Below, piece by piece: positions 23,402 through 35,226 of a DNA stretch of 64,000 nucleotides. A program made the translations under genes and the position numbers. Numbering within the stretch: the stretch's first letter is position 1; every line of letters begins with the position of its first letter. The DNA is taken from positions 124,001-188,000 of the forward strand of contig BROI01000023.1 in assembly GCA_027923505.1 (NCBI GenBank), read 5' to 3'. This stretch comes from Mayamaea pseudoterrestris. Taxonomy: Eukaryota. The notes under the pieces are model-generated. The model worked only from the letters and a program-made list of their open reading frames with translations, made no database searches and was not told where the DNA came from.

Positions 23402-23665
23402 TTAGCCACCAGAAATGGGCGGAATCAGCGCAATAGTATCTCCTGCCTTCAGTGTCAAGTTTTCTCCCGCAGAGATATACTCCTCATTGAGAGCGAGCGT
23501 TATGGAATCTTCGTCAAGGATCATGCTGGCAAGCGCCGGAAATTGGTCGGCGAGAATTCTTCGAAACTGCGTCGTGTCGCAGCCATTCGGAACTTCGACG
23601 CCAGTCTCGGACGTCTTGGCGGCTTCTCTAGCTGATGCGAAAAAGAGGACCTTGATGTGGATCAT
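23402..23665 (-). CDS. MOCS2A: Molybdopterin synthase sulfur-carrier subunit (MoaD/ThiS fold)
   Basis: IKVLFFASARE...LALNEEY...GDTIALIPPISGG with the C-terminal Gly-Gly. Confidence 0.95.
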   Translation of the reverse strand: MIHIKVLFFASAREAAKTSETGVEVPNGCDTTQFRRILADQFPALASMILDEDSITLALNEEYISAGENLTLKAGDTIALIPPISGG

Positions 23666-24263
23666 GTTGTTGCGCTACTCGTTGTCTAGTGGGAACGCGC
23701 GTGCCGAGAGAAGAACTTGCGATGGATATGAATGGAACCTCATGGTCGAAACGAACTTGGCGCTCGTTCGTCAGCCGTTTCGCAAAGCGCGTCAGCCGGT
23801 CACATGTCACACCATCACTCATTCCCACGATCGTCGGCGATGGGTTAACGCACTTGTCGGTATCCAATGATGCGACACTCGGGACACACAACCACGCGCT
23901 GCAGCAACGACACGGTCAATTTCGAGACGGTGAGTGCACCATGAAGAATGAATGCAATTGAATAAATTGTCTTTATTATTGTTGTTTATTATTATAAGCG
24001 AAATTGCTGTTAACGTTGGAAAAAGAGAGGTTAAAACGGCCAAGAGACGGTCAGTCGTTGGAGCGGCTGCCATCGACGGAGGGAGAAACCCTTATTTAGG
24101 GTTTGTATCGCCGGCCGCGCCTCGCTAACGACAAGTCGCCCTCGCCGCCGTGCACCCGCCACAAGTCGTTGGATTGAAAAATCACTCCGTCGCTGCTCTT
24201 CGCAAAACATCACATTGCTCATACAATCTTTCAGTCTACTACTTTATCTTTTTATAACTCATC

Positions 24264-24855
24264 ATGTCTGTTGAAATGGAAACCTGTCCGGCCTCTGCGC
24301 CTTTCTTCGGATTCATGGGAGTCACCTCGGCACTAGTCTTTGCCAACATTGGAGCGGCCTACGGCACGGCCAAGTCTGGCGTGGGCATTTCCTCCATGGG
24401 AGTCATGAACCCTGGCCTCGTCATGCGAAACATTATTCCGGTTGTCATGGCTGGAGTCCTTGGTATCTACGGTCTCATTGTCGCTGTCATTATCCAAGGT
24501 TCCATTGTGTCGCCACAGAATGGTCTCTCCCAGTACTCGTTATACACTGGGTTTGCACATTTGGCTGCTGGTCTTTGCTGTGGTCTTTCTGGACTTGCCG
24601 CTGGTATGGCGATTGGTATTGTCGGTGATGCTGGAGTGCGGGCTGTCGGACAGCAAGAGAAGCTCTTTGTCGGTATGATTCTTATTCTCATTTTCGCCGA
24701 AGCACTTGGTCTTTATGGTACGTTTACTGCGCAGTAGTCGACTGGAATGCATATTAACAGACCATCCGTCTCATCCTCGTGCTCTTCGATCAATTACAGG
24801 TCTGATTGTTGCATTGATCTTGTCGCAGAACTCGTTTGTCTGCGAAGGAAACTAA
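24264..24855 (+). CDS. ATP6V0C: V-type H+-ATPase 16-kDa proteolipid subunit c; exons 24264-24717 and 24800-24855
   Basis: [25 protein letters not shown] and [20 protein letters not shown]; intron 24718-24799. Confidence 0.97.
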
Positions 24856-25292
24856 ATCGACGACGGCGCAATTTGAATAGTAAATCTCTCGACTTTTTTC
24901 TATTGGAAAGAACTATCTGATCATTACCGTATTGTTGTCCGCTAGATCCATTAGTTATCTAGAAGATATTATTCGTGTCTATTCTCTTGTCGTAGTCGTG
25001 TAGCTGCGATGGAAGCTGATCGATGTAGTTGAACGTGTGGTCGTCATGGTCAAGCAATTGTTACTGCCGTTAAATAGCACTGGCCAATATTCGTCTTTTA
25101 TGATGCGCTTCATATTATATATATTATACAGACGAAATAGAAAGAGGCGATGGAACAGACTTGCAACCATGCAATGGAGTCTTCTATGTCAGCAGAGCGG
25201 GTAGCTGAATTCATCAGTTGCTGCTGCGACACGGACGAGACAGAATTTGAATGAGGACGAATGGCCGAACTCACACAGCAGCCGCCATCACC

Positions 25293-26660
25293 ATGGCGAC
25301 GGCGGCAAAGTCGTTGTCATTAGCAGAACAAATTGCCGAGGAAGAACTTCTCATTCGAATTTATATCGCGGACATCGCAAAACTAAAGCAGCAAGGGTCG
25401 CGACAAGCAGAGCTTACCGCTGTCGATGCTGCGGATGCTGCCAACGTCGAGGATAATGCCTTGAAATGTTCGACATCAGACGATCATGACCTACTCTTGG
25501 ATTGGATGCATTATTCAGACGAGTCATCACGACTTGCCAATGTAACGGAGTCGCTAAATCCAGCACCACTCGTTCGCATGAATCGAATGCAAGCATGCTT
25601 GTCTGGATTCTGCCTCGAGTCTGTCGATCGACATTCACCATCATCAGACATACACAGCAACCAAGATTCACCTAATCGTTCGAGTCAGCGAGAAGCGTAT
25701 ACGCTCAAAGGCTACTTTGTAGACCATCAGGAACTTGGAGCAACCATTCGAATCGAGCTGCAAATTGAAGCAGCAGTCGCGCCAAATCACTTGTCCGTCA
25801 GGAGCTCGACTATAGCCAATGAAGACAAAAGTGCAAATGAACGGCAGCTACGTGTTTCTGCCGTACTATATACTTTGGTTTCGCGAGCAAAATCTCATAC
25901 CTTTGAACAAAATGCAGCGACAGACGACGACATTGCGTGGCTGCAGCAACTGGACGCGACCGTCACATTTGATCCGTTGAACCTTGCGTCATGGACGGAC
26001 GCCATGGTTCGCTACCTTCGCTTTCGTAAGCAACGACTTCTATTCTTGAGGGAAAAGGATCATGCCATTCGAATCACTAGGCAGGTGCACGCGAAAATGA
26101 CGATTGAGCTGTTGCTAAGTGACCGTCAAGACTCGTTCACTGTCGATTCGAGTACCTCTGCTTCATCAATCCATTTGGATTGGGACTGGTCTTGGAAACT
26201 TGGAAAGGACCTACTGCGTTTACCCGAAACAACCATGATGTCTCTGTCGTTGCATCGGTCCGGACTGGCGCAACTGGTCACGTTGACTGGATCATGCCAA
26301 GCGGCGATTGAGCTCATGCTGCCATCATCAACCACGACGAGTAGTAGCAGTGAATCCGATTCTAATAATAGCAACGAAGATAGCGACGCTGACGATGAAG
26401 CAGCAGTCAGCCGCCATGACGAGCTGGCGTTCAACGCCGATGGCGACGATGGCGACGAAGAATATGACGATGATGCCAGTGACATCTCCAGGATAGAGAA
26501 GGCGAAGCATCACTCGAAAAAGCACAAGCTTTCCGAGTATGAGCTGCAGCGTTTGGAGCGCATTAAGCGCAACGAAGCATACTTTGTCAGTCTTGGATTG
26601 CAGGCTGCCAAGGATGATTTACGAGACGAGAGCAACGGAAAGCGGCGTAAAAAGAAATAA
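25293..26660 (+). CDS. Hypothetical nuclear protein with a coiled coil, globular middle, acidic tract, LSEYELQRLERIKRNEAYFVSLGL helix and C-terminal NLS
   Basis: ORF of about 455 aa from ATG 25293, ending KRRKKK; possible CENP-P/O-like fold (see findings). Confidence 0.7.
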   Translation: MATAAKSLSLAEQIAEEELLIRIYIADIAKLKQQGSRQAELTAVDAADAANVEDNALKCSTSDDHDLLLDWMHYSDESSRLANVTESLNPAPLVRMNRMQACLSGFCLESVDRHSPSSDIHSNQDSPNRSSQREAYTLKGYFVDHQELGATIRIELQIEAAVAPNHLSVRSSTIANEDKSANERQLRVSAVLYTLVSRAKSHTFEQNAATDDDIAWLQQLDATVTFDPLNLASWTDAMVRYLRFRKQRLLFLREKDHAIRITRQVHAKMTIELLLSDRQDSFTVDSSTSASSIHLDWDWSWKLGKDLLRLPETTMMSLSLHRSGLAQLVTLTGSCQAAIELMLPSSTTTSSSSESDSNNSNEDSDADDEAAVSRHDELAFNADGDDGDEEYDDDASDISRIEKAKHHSKKHKLSEYELQRLERIKRNEAYFVSLGLQAAKDDLRDESNGKRRKKK

Positions 26661-26716
26661 CTAGAGTTAACAACAATGTTAGTAGAGTCAATTTCAGTAT
26701 CGCCTCGTTATACGTT

Positions 26717-27975
26717 TCATTTCTTTGGCTTTGTTGACGAGTCGTTTCTGGTTTGCGCCAGTTTGGCTTCGTAGTGCTTCTCTAAAACGGCATGATGCGC
26801 TCGAACCTTGTCACCAACCTTCTTCAACTTTTCGTTCAAAATCGTTTCGAGAATAAACTCAAACACTGGAAAGGCAAGTGCAACAATCAGCGCCAGAAAG
26901 GACTCTAGTCCAATCGTCATGGCATAGTTCCAAACGCTCCCTCGAAACCACAAGGTTGCCACCAAGGAAACGACAGCAAGTGCCGACATGGTCATCCAGT
27001 TGCGAGGCAACTGATCCGAAACCGAGTTGAATATAAAGGAAGCCAAAACTGCCGCTTCTCCCATCCAAAACCAAATTGTCCATAAGTTTTCGTCTCGCGT
27101 ACGTCCATTGTGCATGACTAACAATCCAATGGCAATCATGGTGGGCGACATGATCTCTGCCATCAATGCCCTTGGCGGCATGATGCTGCGGACGATGACG
27201 TAGAGTATGAATAAAAAGGCTGGATAAAAGAGTAGTCGATAGCGGACCACCAAGCAGGCGACGCAACCCATAATGACTGCGTTGTAACGTGAAAGAAGAA
27301 AGCTGTGAGTCGCATGAATTGCAGTTGCAGACCTCCATCATGATATATTTTTTCGCTATGTATCACTCCATCAGAAAAAGCTATCTTGTTAAACTCACCA
27401 GTCCTGACAATTACATGCATGATTGCCGCCAAGACTGTGCTAGCAATCTCTTGCACAATGGTATGCGACTTGTCTTGCTTTGGTTGCTTTCGTTTCGCCT
27501 TTTGCGCCTTGGAATCAGCATCCTTGGCGGCGGCGGCAACGTCGCCGTCTGCTTCATCATTGACGCTATCGGTATCGTCATCATTATCTTGATCCAGTTC
27601 ATCGTCATCCAAGTCAATGCCAAGTATATCATATTGCTGCCGCAACTTGTCGTTCAACAACACTTTATGGGCGCGATTGAGCATGCGAAAGGTATCGACA
27701 TTGCCGCCCGGTCGGTCCGGATGATGCTTGCGCGAGAGTTTGCGGTAGTTCTTCTTGATCAAATCTGCGTTGGCTGATTTTGCGTTGAGTGGTTCAGTCT
27801 CGTTGTTGTCTGAAAAATGAAGAGTCGGCTCGACTGCTGCTTTCGGAATGCCAAGGTACTTGTAGTACCCGTCGGGTGCCATGAGATCCACGAGAGCGAC
27901 ATCAATCTCATTCATTGTTGACATGCTTTTAGATGTCGTATTGGGAGCAACTACGGACCGCCGCTGCTGCGCCAT
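26717..27975 (-). CDS. DnaJ (J-domain) multi-pass membrane protein; exons 27975-27399 and 27276-26717
   Basis: YYKYLGI..IKKNYRKLSRKHHPD..RQQYD J-domain. A GTGAGT..CAG intron at 27398-27277 joins it to a hydrophobic C-terminus. Confidence 0.88.
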
Positions 27976-29372
27976 GGTGATCCTTTGAGGGTTGGAAATT
28001 GCAAAGAAAAAACGGATGATGCGCGAGTTTCGCAGAAATGAGAGGTGAGTTGCAATGCGACACTTATTCCCAGCCGCAATGTATCAAGAAGAAGCAAAAG
28101 CAAGCCGATCGATCATGTCTCATTGTCGACCTGCCTTACCACTCCATCGTATGTGCTGCAATACCTCTCACTTCCTGTCATCATGAGCAAATGGTGCATA
28201 CTTGACGCAGAGTAGATGGTGCATGCTTGACATAGGCATCAGAGCGTCAAAATGCAAGAAAGCGACGCACTCCACTATCTTTCGATCATGTTTTGAATGC
28301 GCGACAGCAAAGCTAAAGAAATTAGAAAGGTCGACAGAATCTGATTCATAGCCAGAGTCTTTTACAATGTACGTTACACAAACAATTTGGATTTGCGAAT
28401 GCGACTCTCACAGTCCAGCGAGCGCCGATCAGTGCCTCGTCGGAAACAACAATTTATGTCGCGAAAGAATTTTGGATCCCAGACACTCTACGCTTGCCTT
28501 TATATCGAGTGAAGAGTCACAAGTGCTCCTACAACTAGTCACGAATACACTTGCACATTGGATGATGCGAAACTTGGAGCTTGGTGCATCCAATCGATGA
28601 TCCTTTGGAGCGGTCGTTGACTCTTGGTTGTTGGCAGGCTGCTGTCAGCTGTCAGCTGTCACACTTCACATTTTGTCCAAGCCGACGGCGTTACACAGCT
28701 TCGGTCGTTGAAGCCATCTGATGAAGTTTGTCATCGCGCTTGCTCCGTGGCGTATCGAGCCTCTCTCACTAGTTGGCTTTTGCATTCGACAGAACGATTC
28801 TTTCGAGTGGACACGATCGATGATCCATCACGGCAGAATGTAAGTCGCAACTCCAGCAAATATCTTTGCTTCACTGTCAGTTCCACAAATAGTCAGGATT
28901 CCTTTGCCGTATTCTATGCGAGTCGATCCGTTACATTTGTGGAAGAGTATTGCAAGCTTGACGCGCCGGCTTACTTCGTTTTGAAGAACGCCACTAGTGT
29001 CAACCTTTGGCTTGTTGCAGCGTGCCCTGAGAGTAGAGGCGCAATTGACAAACGTTGCACTTCTTAGAGGGTTTTTTCTCACGCATACAATCTATTTACT
29101 TATCGTTAGACAGGGAACCACTGATTTGAGTGAAGGACGACGACGACGGAAGATCAAGTGTCATGTGCAACGGCAACGGTAGCACGCCGACTCCTCATCA
29201 CAGCACCAATTGCTATCTGTAACTAGCTACTGTAGAATTAAACAGTTTCATGCAACAATGTTTCGTATTAGAAAGTTTCAAAGTATTCGACGAATTTTCT
29301 ATGATGAGTGAAGCGTTTGTCAAAGAATGAGCGTTTTGCCATCTGTAATCTCGTTTGCCCACCAGTTGCCGC

Positions 29373-29786
29373 TTATTTACTCGCGAATCCGAGCATGACC
29401 CAACCCCCAATCATTAATAAACCTCCAATTGGAGTGGTTGGGCCTAGCAATTTCTTGGGTCCAAGTCCGAACGACAGCAGATAAATGGATCCAGAAAACA
29501 TGCACGCGCCAACCCCCATGGCCTGACCTGCCTGGAGGAGCAGCTTGGTTTGTTCCACGCTTTTGGAAGACTTTATGTGTGCGCTCACTCCAACAAGAGC
29601 TACTGCATGCAGCAAATGGTACAAGACGGCAGTTTGGTAGCTTTTGAGCGTATTGCGAGCCAAAAGAGTCTGTTGGAACGCATGCGCACCTACAGCGCCG
29701 AGGCCCACTCCAGACGCGCCGAGAAAGGCGGCGAGCTGGAGAAGCGTTCCAGAAGCTGATGTTTGAGTTAGTGACGATGAGGACAT
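29373..29786 (-). CDS. TMEM256: DUF423/TMEM256-family membrane protein
   Basis: GASGVGLGAVGAH, TAVLYHLLHA, FSGSIYLL and LGPTTPIGGLLMIGGW. Confidence 0.92.
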   Translation of the reverse strand: MSSSSLTQTSASGTLLQLAAFLGASGVGLGAVGAHAFQQTLLARNTLKSYQTAVLYHLLHAVALVGVSAHIKSSKSVEQTKLLLQAGQAMGVGACMFSGSIYLLSFGLGPKKLLGPTTPIGGLLMIGGWVMLGFASK

Positions 29787-30350
29787 GCCTGATAGTCGTA
29801 AGTAATAGCAGGCGGAGTGAAAAGGTTTGAGGAACCGTCGAGCAGAGTAGCAGCAAGACGGAGTACGTCGCAATTACGTCGTAGCGGCAATGCTGCTTGC
29901 TAGCTACGTCTTATCACTCGTATAGGATCCCACATTTCTATATAATGAATGCAGCAACTGTGCCTATGACCTATTAGTACCTACCAATTAGTGTATATGT
30001 TTGCTCCTGCCTACCTCTTGCCATCAGTTTCACAGGTTTTGCCAGCAAAAACAGTGTGACTGCCAACTTCCAGCAGTCAGCAAATATTGCAGCCTTTTGA
30101 GGGTGTTTCCAGACATACCATCCTGTAAAGCATCACTAATGATGTGCAGACGCAAGTTTCGGAGCCAAAGTGAATGTGATAGATTCCTTTGAAAACCCTC
30201 TACATGTAGTAACATTTGAGAATGGAACGGATGTCCCAATCAGGATTTAAACATGCTTGCTGAGCAATCTAGCCTGATGTCGTATGTTGCCTTTCATGTT
30301 CGCCCTACGTACATACAAATATTACATGTAACAACAATTTAGATGCTTCG

Positions 30351-31295
30351 TCAAATCATCACTGGCGCTACTTTCCTGGAAGCTGTTGCATGGCTCAGCA
30401 CAGCCGCTAAGAAACTCTTTTGCACCAGATTTGGTTTGAAGGACTTTCGGCCACTGAAATCCCAGTCAACATTAGACGTAACTAATGCAAGTCTGCCCCC
30501 TTTGTTTCTACTACTATTCCTTCCAGCTATTTTCTTCCTTGCCGTCAATGGACTGATGGTTGTTTCGGCGTCCAACGCCTTTTTTGCGGCATTGCTCGTG
30601 CGCACCACTGGTGGCCGCACCGATGCAGCTCTTCGCGTCAACGCTCCACCGTCGTCGTGATTTAACCGTCGACTCCGACCACGTTCACTGCTACCATGTG
30701 TTCGCAACGTCCGACGATCCGGGCTGTCTTGACGATGCGACTTTGCCATGCGCCTGTGTGCCAATTCGTCCTCCTGGCGCGAGTCTTGCGCCGACAGTTG
30801 CTTGCCCGACCAAGTTGGCGATAGATTGTTCCATGCATTGTTAGAAATAATGCTTCGACGCTTTGCAAATGTGGTGGGTACGCAAACGACCGAATCAACA
30901 AATGCTTCATTGGTCATGATGATGATGGAATGCTTGTTCATCCTGCCATTTAGCGAAACTTCGACCTGCGTGCTTTCAAACTGATCCGTCGTTGGACACA
31001 GCGAGTCGAGAGCTGCGTTGGGAATTGTTAGAAGCATTGTTGTCTGTGTCGTTTCTAGATATTTTGTTGTTGCTGCGACGGCCTGATCGGATGATGTGTA
31101 ACGTTCAGCTGTGACGAAGTGCCGAAGTGCACCTTTTGCAATCAATATTCGACTCGCCGCCTTCGATGTGAATGAGCACTGCTGCTTTATATGCCGCTGC
31201 TGTCTGTACTTTCCGGCTTTGATGCTGATGCTGATGGAATAAGTCCCTCGTCGCTCGGAAGGACGAGCATAATATGATGGACGAAAAAGTCTCAA
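30351..31295 (-). CDS. Possible hypothetical Arg/Ser-rich protein
   Basis: 314-codon ORF only; no motif. Confidence 0.25.
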   Translation of the reverse strand: MRLFRPSYYARPSERRGTYSISISIKAGKYRQQRHIKQQCSFTSKAASRILIAKGALRHFVTAERYTSSDQAVAATTKYLETTQTTMLLTIPNAALDSLCPTTDQFESTQVEVSLNGRMNKHSIIIMTNEAFVDSVVCVPTTFAKRRSIISNNAWNNLSPTWSGKQLSAQDSRQEDELAHRRMAKSHRQDSPDRRTLRTHGSSERGRSRRLNHDDGGALTRRAASVRPPVVRTSNAAKKALDAETTISPLTARKKIAGRNSSRNKGGRLALVTSNVDWDFSGRKSFKPNLVQKSFLAAVLSHATASRKVAPVMI

Positions 31296-31557
31296 CGCAC
31301 GACACGAGCAAACCGATGCGAGCGTTCGGATTGTTCTGTGAAACGTCCTCTATCCTCATCTTCAAGTGGCTTTTCACCCGCGTTCGAATCATTGCCGCCT
31401 ACTGTACGCTTAAAGGCAAATATAGACTATGCAAATATGCAGATGGAGAGGCATAATATCATGGATACTCATCTGTTTGTGCTTATTTATTCATATATGG
31501 AGCGAGCACTCACAGTGCCTGATCCAGACAGAGATCTGTCCCAAGCTGGGAGAAACT

Positions 31558-33849
31558 TTATGTGTCGCGGGCAATTCGCTGAGGGTAGTTTCTCCAAAAT
31601 TTAAGCTCCGATGTAATATTCACACTTCTCTCGTCACTACTTATGGTCAGCAATCGCTCCTTTTCCATCGAAGACTTCTTTGGTAAACTCAGCTTGTCCG
31701 TGTAAAGTTTTTCCTCACGCTCAAGCTCCTCCAAAAACAGCTCAGACACAGTCTCCTTCTCCATGCCTTTGAAAAAGTCGATAGCTTCGCTGACATCATC
31801 ATCGTCGTCATCGTCACTCATCTCGCAAGCTGCCAGTGTGTTTTCGCTGAAACAAAGTGAAAAATGCTCCGTCAGCGGTGGGCGGTCGTCTGGCATATTG
31901 TTACACTCCCTAGACAATGAGCCACGCGTAAAGCCGATATCATGAGTATCACCTTTCGTAGGAGCGGTGCATGGCCCAATCATCGACTCAGGGCTATTGA
32001 TTGACAGTGCTCCGCAATACGTTGCAGCGCGCAACAAGGTTTCCGCTGGCTTTAGCTCCGGCTCGCTCTTTTGATTTTCCTCGTCCCCACGACTTGTAGC
32101 TTCGAATGACTTGATATCGCCTCCGCATAGCGTGACTTCTATTGCTGATTCTCGTTCATCGACATCAAAGCGATATATTTTTTCATTGTCGCATGTTTGC
32201 GTTGTTCGTAGGAACGTTGTTACTTCCGCAAAAGCTCTTGCGGTTGATCTTCCGTCTCGTGCCGTTCGATGATTAAATGTACCTGGCATTGGGACTGGTA
32301 AACTGCAATTAACGCTATCCTTTTGAAGTACCTTTTGCGTCAAAATATTGTTTCTTCCATGGCCACGCCTATCCTGGACCTCAATCGGCTGCTGCTCTAC
32401 TTCGGCATTCAACGCTTCGTCTTCGTCTTTCGGCATGTCACTCGCTACTGCAGCTTTGTGATTAGCAACTGATCCATTTCGATGTCGTCGCTTCCAGTCA
32501 GCAACAGCGATTATGTCTAAAGTTGGCATCTCGTCTGGCAAATTAATTGTAGCGCTAAGCCTGGAACCATCGTCTTCAGCATTTTTCCGGATTATCGCTC
32601 GCAGGTCAGCGTCACTCGTCGATGCTGCGGTTGGTTGGTCATCAATATCTGGACCGTTGCCCATGACTCCATCATCGCGTAATAGCCGGCCGATAGTGGC
32701 ATGGAGTTTCTTTATGGGTTCCTCGCCGCTAGTCATGGCCGACGAGGATGCGAGTTGAAGCTGTGGTTGTGCGAGCCGGCCGATAGTGACATGTTGTGTC
32801 TTGTTTGGTTCCTGCCGGCTTGTTGTCGCCGACGAGGATGCGAGTGGAACTTGTGGCTGTGCGAATTGGCGGTGATTCTTCGACACTGCCGACACTGACT
32901 CGCCTTGCTCGTCATCGTTCGTCACCGTGACATTTCGTAAAGCAGAATGAGGCAGATTGTCGCATGCTATTGATAAAGATAATTTTTCGCATAATTCCTT
33001 GTGAGCAATAGGTATCCTTTGTAGTCGGTCGCGCGTTACGCGGCTTTCATATGGACCAGCAGAAGCCGACGAATCATTTCCAGTGGCGACATAATGCTTC
33101 GGCAGCCAACGAGCTTGAACATCCTTGTCATTGTAGTCATTGTCAGCTTCAAATCGTTCTAACCAGGCATGTAGTTCATCCTCCTGTATGCACATTTGCT
33201 GAAAGTCTTGCTCAATGCGATGATCCGTCCGTGCAAAGTTGGCTGATAACTCGCCAAGCTCGCAATCGTCAAAGTCTATCAGCTCCGTTTCCGACATACA
33301 CTTCTCCTTCTTCATGAATTCCATGCGATACTCTTGCATTGATTCTTCGGTGTCTAGATTTCGTGCGCAAAGTGATTGCAGACCAAGTCCCACATGAAAG
33401 TGAAGAAACATTCCATCGTCCTTCACTCGATCCGAAGTAATGAACGCCGCCAAGTCGCATAGAACCAATCCATGTCGCAGCACTCCCAGATGTATTCCCC
33501 ACGTGCAGCTTGGCTCTCGCAGTACCGCATATCTTCGGACATGGTGATTGTCGTCGTCGTCAGGGTGCCAAGGCGGATCACGTATTTTGTAGAGGTGCCA
33601 GTCGAATCGCGACGCTGCATCGTCATGGGCGTCGTCCAACGTAAAGTCAAGCTCCTCAATCTCCATCGCTCGAGTGACCTCGTCGTCGTCCTTGCTGCAG
33701 CCGCCATTGCCGTACCAGACAGCCTGCGTCCAGTAGAGCTTGATCGTTTCTGATGTTGCAGTGTCGGTGACAGTCGCACCACGCGGAGGCGCAAAGTTTG
33801 ACGCTGCAAGAAGATAGCTGCGTTGCTTCGTTCGATGTATTAGCTTCAT
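31558..33849 (-). CDS. Hypothetical protein (763 aa) with a globular N-terminus, long acidic disordered C-terminus and an internal ~30-aa duplication
   Basis: Long uninterrupted ORF. Confidence 0.65.
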   Translation of the reverse strand: MKLIHRTKQRSYLLAASNFAPPRGATVTDTATSETIKLYWTQAVWYGNGGCSKDDDEVTRAMEIEELDFTLDDAHDDAASRFDWHLYKIRDPPWHPDDDDNHHVRRYAVLREPSCTWGIHLGVLRHGLVLCDLAAFITSDRVKDDGMFLHFHVGLGLQSLCARNLDTEESMQEYRMEFMKKEKCMSETELIDFDDCELGELSANFARTDHRIEQDFQQMCIQEDELHAWLERFEADNDYNDKDVQARWLPKHYVATGNDSSASAGPYESRVTRDRLQRIPIAHKELCEKLSLSIACDNLPHSALRNVTVTNDDEQGESVSAVSKNHRQFAQPQVPLASSSATTSRQEPNKTQHVTIGRLAQPQLQLASSSAMTSGEEPIKKLHATIGRLLRDDGVMGNGPDIDDQPTAASTSDADLRAIIRKNAEDDGSRLSATINLPDEMPTLDIIAVADWKRRHRNGSVANHKAAVASDMPKDEDEALNAEVEQQPIEVQDRRGHGRNNILTQKVLQKDSVNCSLPVPMPGTFNHRTARDGRSTARAFAEVTTFLRTTQTCDNEKIYRFDVDERESAIEVTLCGGDIKSFEATSRGDEENQKSEPELKPAETLLRAATYCGALSINSPESMIGPCTAPTKGDTHDIGFTRGSLSRECNNMPDDRPPLTEHFSLCFSENTLAACEMSDDDDDDDVSEAIDFFKGMEKETVSELFLEELEREEKLYTDKLSLPKKSSMEKERLLTISSDERSVNITSELKFWRNYPQRIARDT

Positions 33850-34110
33850 TGTCAGTTTCGTCTTTTGCCTTACTACCTCCGATAGTATTCAATTCCCAAT
33901 TGTCGTCTACTTGGAGACGGCTTGCAGCTCGCTGGCTTTTGTTCTTTGAAATCCAAGGATCGCCCGCGTCACGCCGTCGCGTTTTCGCGTCTTTTCATTC
34001 TCGCTTTGTCCGTTGACTCGCCACAACCGCTCACTCGTCCGTTTCCGGATCCTTCCACTCACTCCATTCAAGTCCAACTAGCAGCACGTTTCTCGTCGCT
34101 ACCTACCATC

Positions 34111-35226
34111 ATGTCAACGTCTCCCGCCAAGCCATTTCCAGCGTCGGCGCTCATTCATTCCGCGGACGAAGCTGGAGGTGAAGTCGTCTATTCCTCCGAC
34201 GGACTCGAACCACTGCCGGTGCCTCCGGCGCCCACGCCGACGGAACGCTTCCATGACGAACAAGATGACTTGTTTATATTGACGCACGACGAGCCACTGG
34301 TCAACATGGATCAAGCCGTGCATCTGTTTCATGGCGGATATCAAAACAAGAGTCCAGAGGAAAGATTGCTGCAAGTCGAGCGGGAACTATCTGATTTGAG
34401 CAAGCAACGGCAGAGTGACGACTTGCTCCAGCAACAAGTCACGCAACTCGGCAAGCGATTGGAGCAGCAGTTGCAGCTTTTGAAAACGTCAAATAAGTTG
34501 ACTACTTGTGGACAAGCAGACGGAGATGCAGCAGTCACAAGTCAAGATGGTACCAGTAGCGACAATGTCGTGACGCAAGACTTGGAGCAAGTCATGCGAC
34601 GACTCGAACGAGCCATTGGCACCATGAGTCTTGCGAGTAGCACTAACAGCGCAGGAACAAACGCAAGTGGAAATGCAGTCACGCGCAGCAAGGGACTCTT
34701 GGAGCGCGTCGCAACATTGGAACATGTTTTGGACCAGCTCAATGAACAAACACTCGACCATGCAACAAGGCAAGCAAAAATTATTCGGAGCGACTTGGTG
34801 GCGGCCAGCAAGGCGCGCAGTAAACTCATGCCTTTGATGAGTAACACGATGAGTAGCAGCAGCAGCGGTCCGCTCAAAAGTGGAACAGGAGCCAGCAACT
34901 ATTTTCAAGACGATGCGAAAACATTGTCCGTTCTGTACAACACCATGACGGAACTACAGGATGTGCGCAAACACTTGCCTGCCTTGACGCAACGACTCCA
35001 AGTTCTTGCAAGCTTACATGCCGATGCTAGTACGTTTAGTGGACGGCTGACGGCTGTTGAGAATGGCATGCGGACTTTGTCGACGCAAGTGGCAAGCATA
35101 CAAAACTCGGTGGAAATGCTGCAGTCCAACTGGAACGAGTCTGCGCAAGCCAACATGCGCGCCAACCTGCAAGCATTGGACGAACGATTGACCGAGTTGA
35201 GAAACACTGAGAAAGTAAGTGATTGA
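34111..35226 (+). CDS. DCTN2: Dynactin subunit 2 (p50/dynamitin)-like protein
   Basis: EVVYSSD N-terminal motif, SPEERLLQVERELSDL, LPALTQRLQVLASLHADASTFSGRL and MRANLQALDERL match the dynamitin pattern. Confidence 0.78.
   Translation: MSTSPAKPFPASALIHSADEAGGEVVYSSDGLEPLPVPPAPTPTERFHDEQDDLFILTHDEPLVNMDQAVHLFHGGYQNKSPEERLLQVERELSDLSKQRQSDDLLQQQVTQLGKRLEQQLQLLKTSNKLTTCGQADGDAAVTSQDGTSSDNVVTQDLEQVMRRLERAIGTMSLASSTNSAGTNASGNAVTRSKGLLERVATLEHVLDQLNEQTLDHATRQAKIIRSDLVAASKARSKLMPLMSNTMSSSSSGPLKSGTGASNYFQDDAKTLSVLYNTMTELQDVRKHLPALTQRLQVLASLHADASTFSGRLTAVENGMRTLSTQVASIQNSVEMLQSNWNESAQANMRANLQALDERLTELRNTEKVSD

Noticed and set aside
2941..35226. Functional cluster of mitotic genes (Spc24, CENP-P-like, dynamitin) near the putative centromere
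   Set aside because: They are interspersed with many unrelated genes and one assignment is speculative; chance is sufficient
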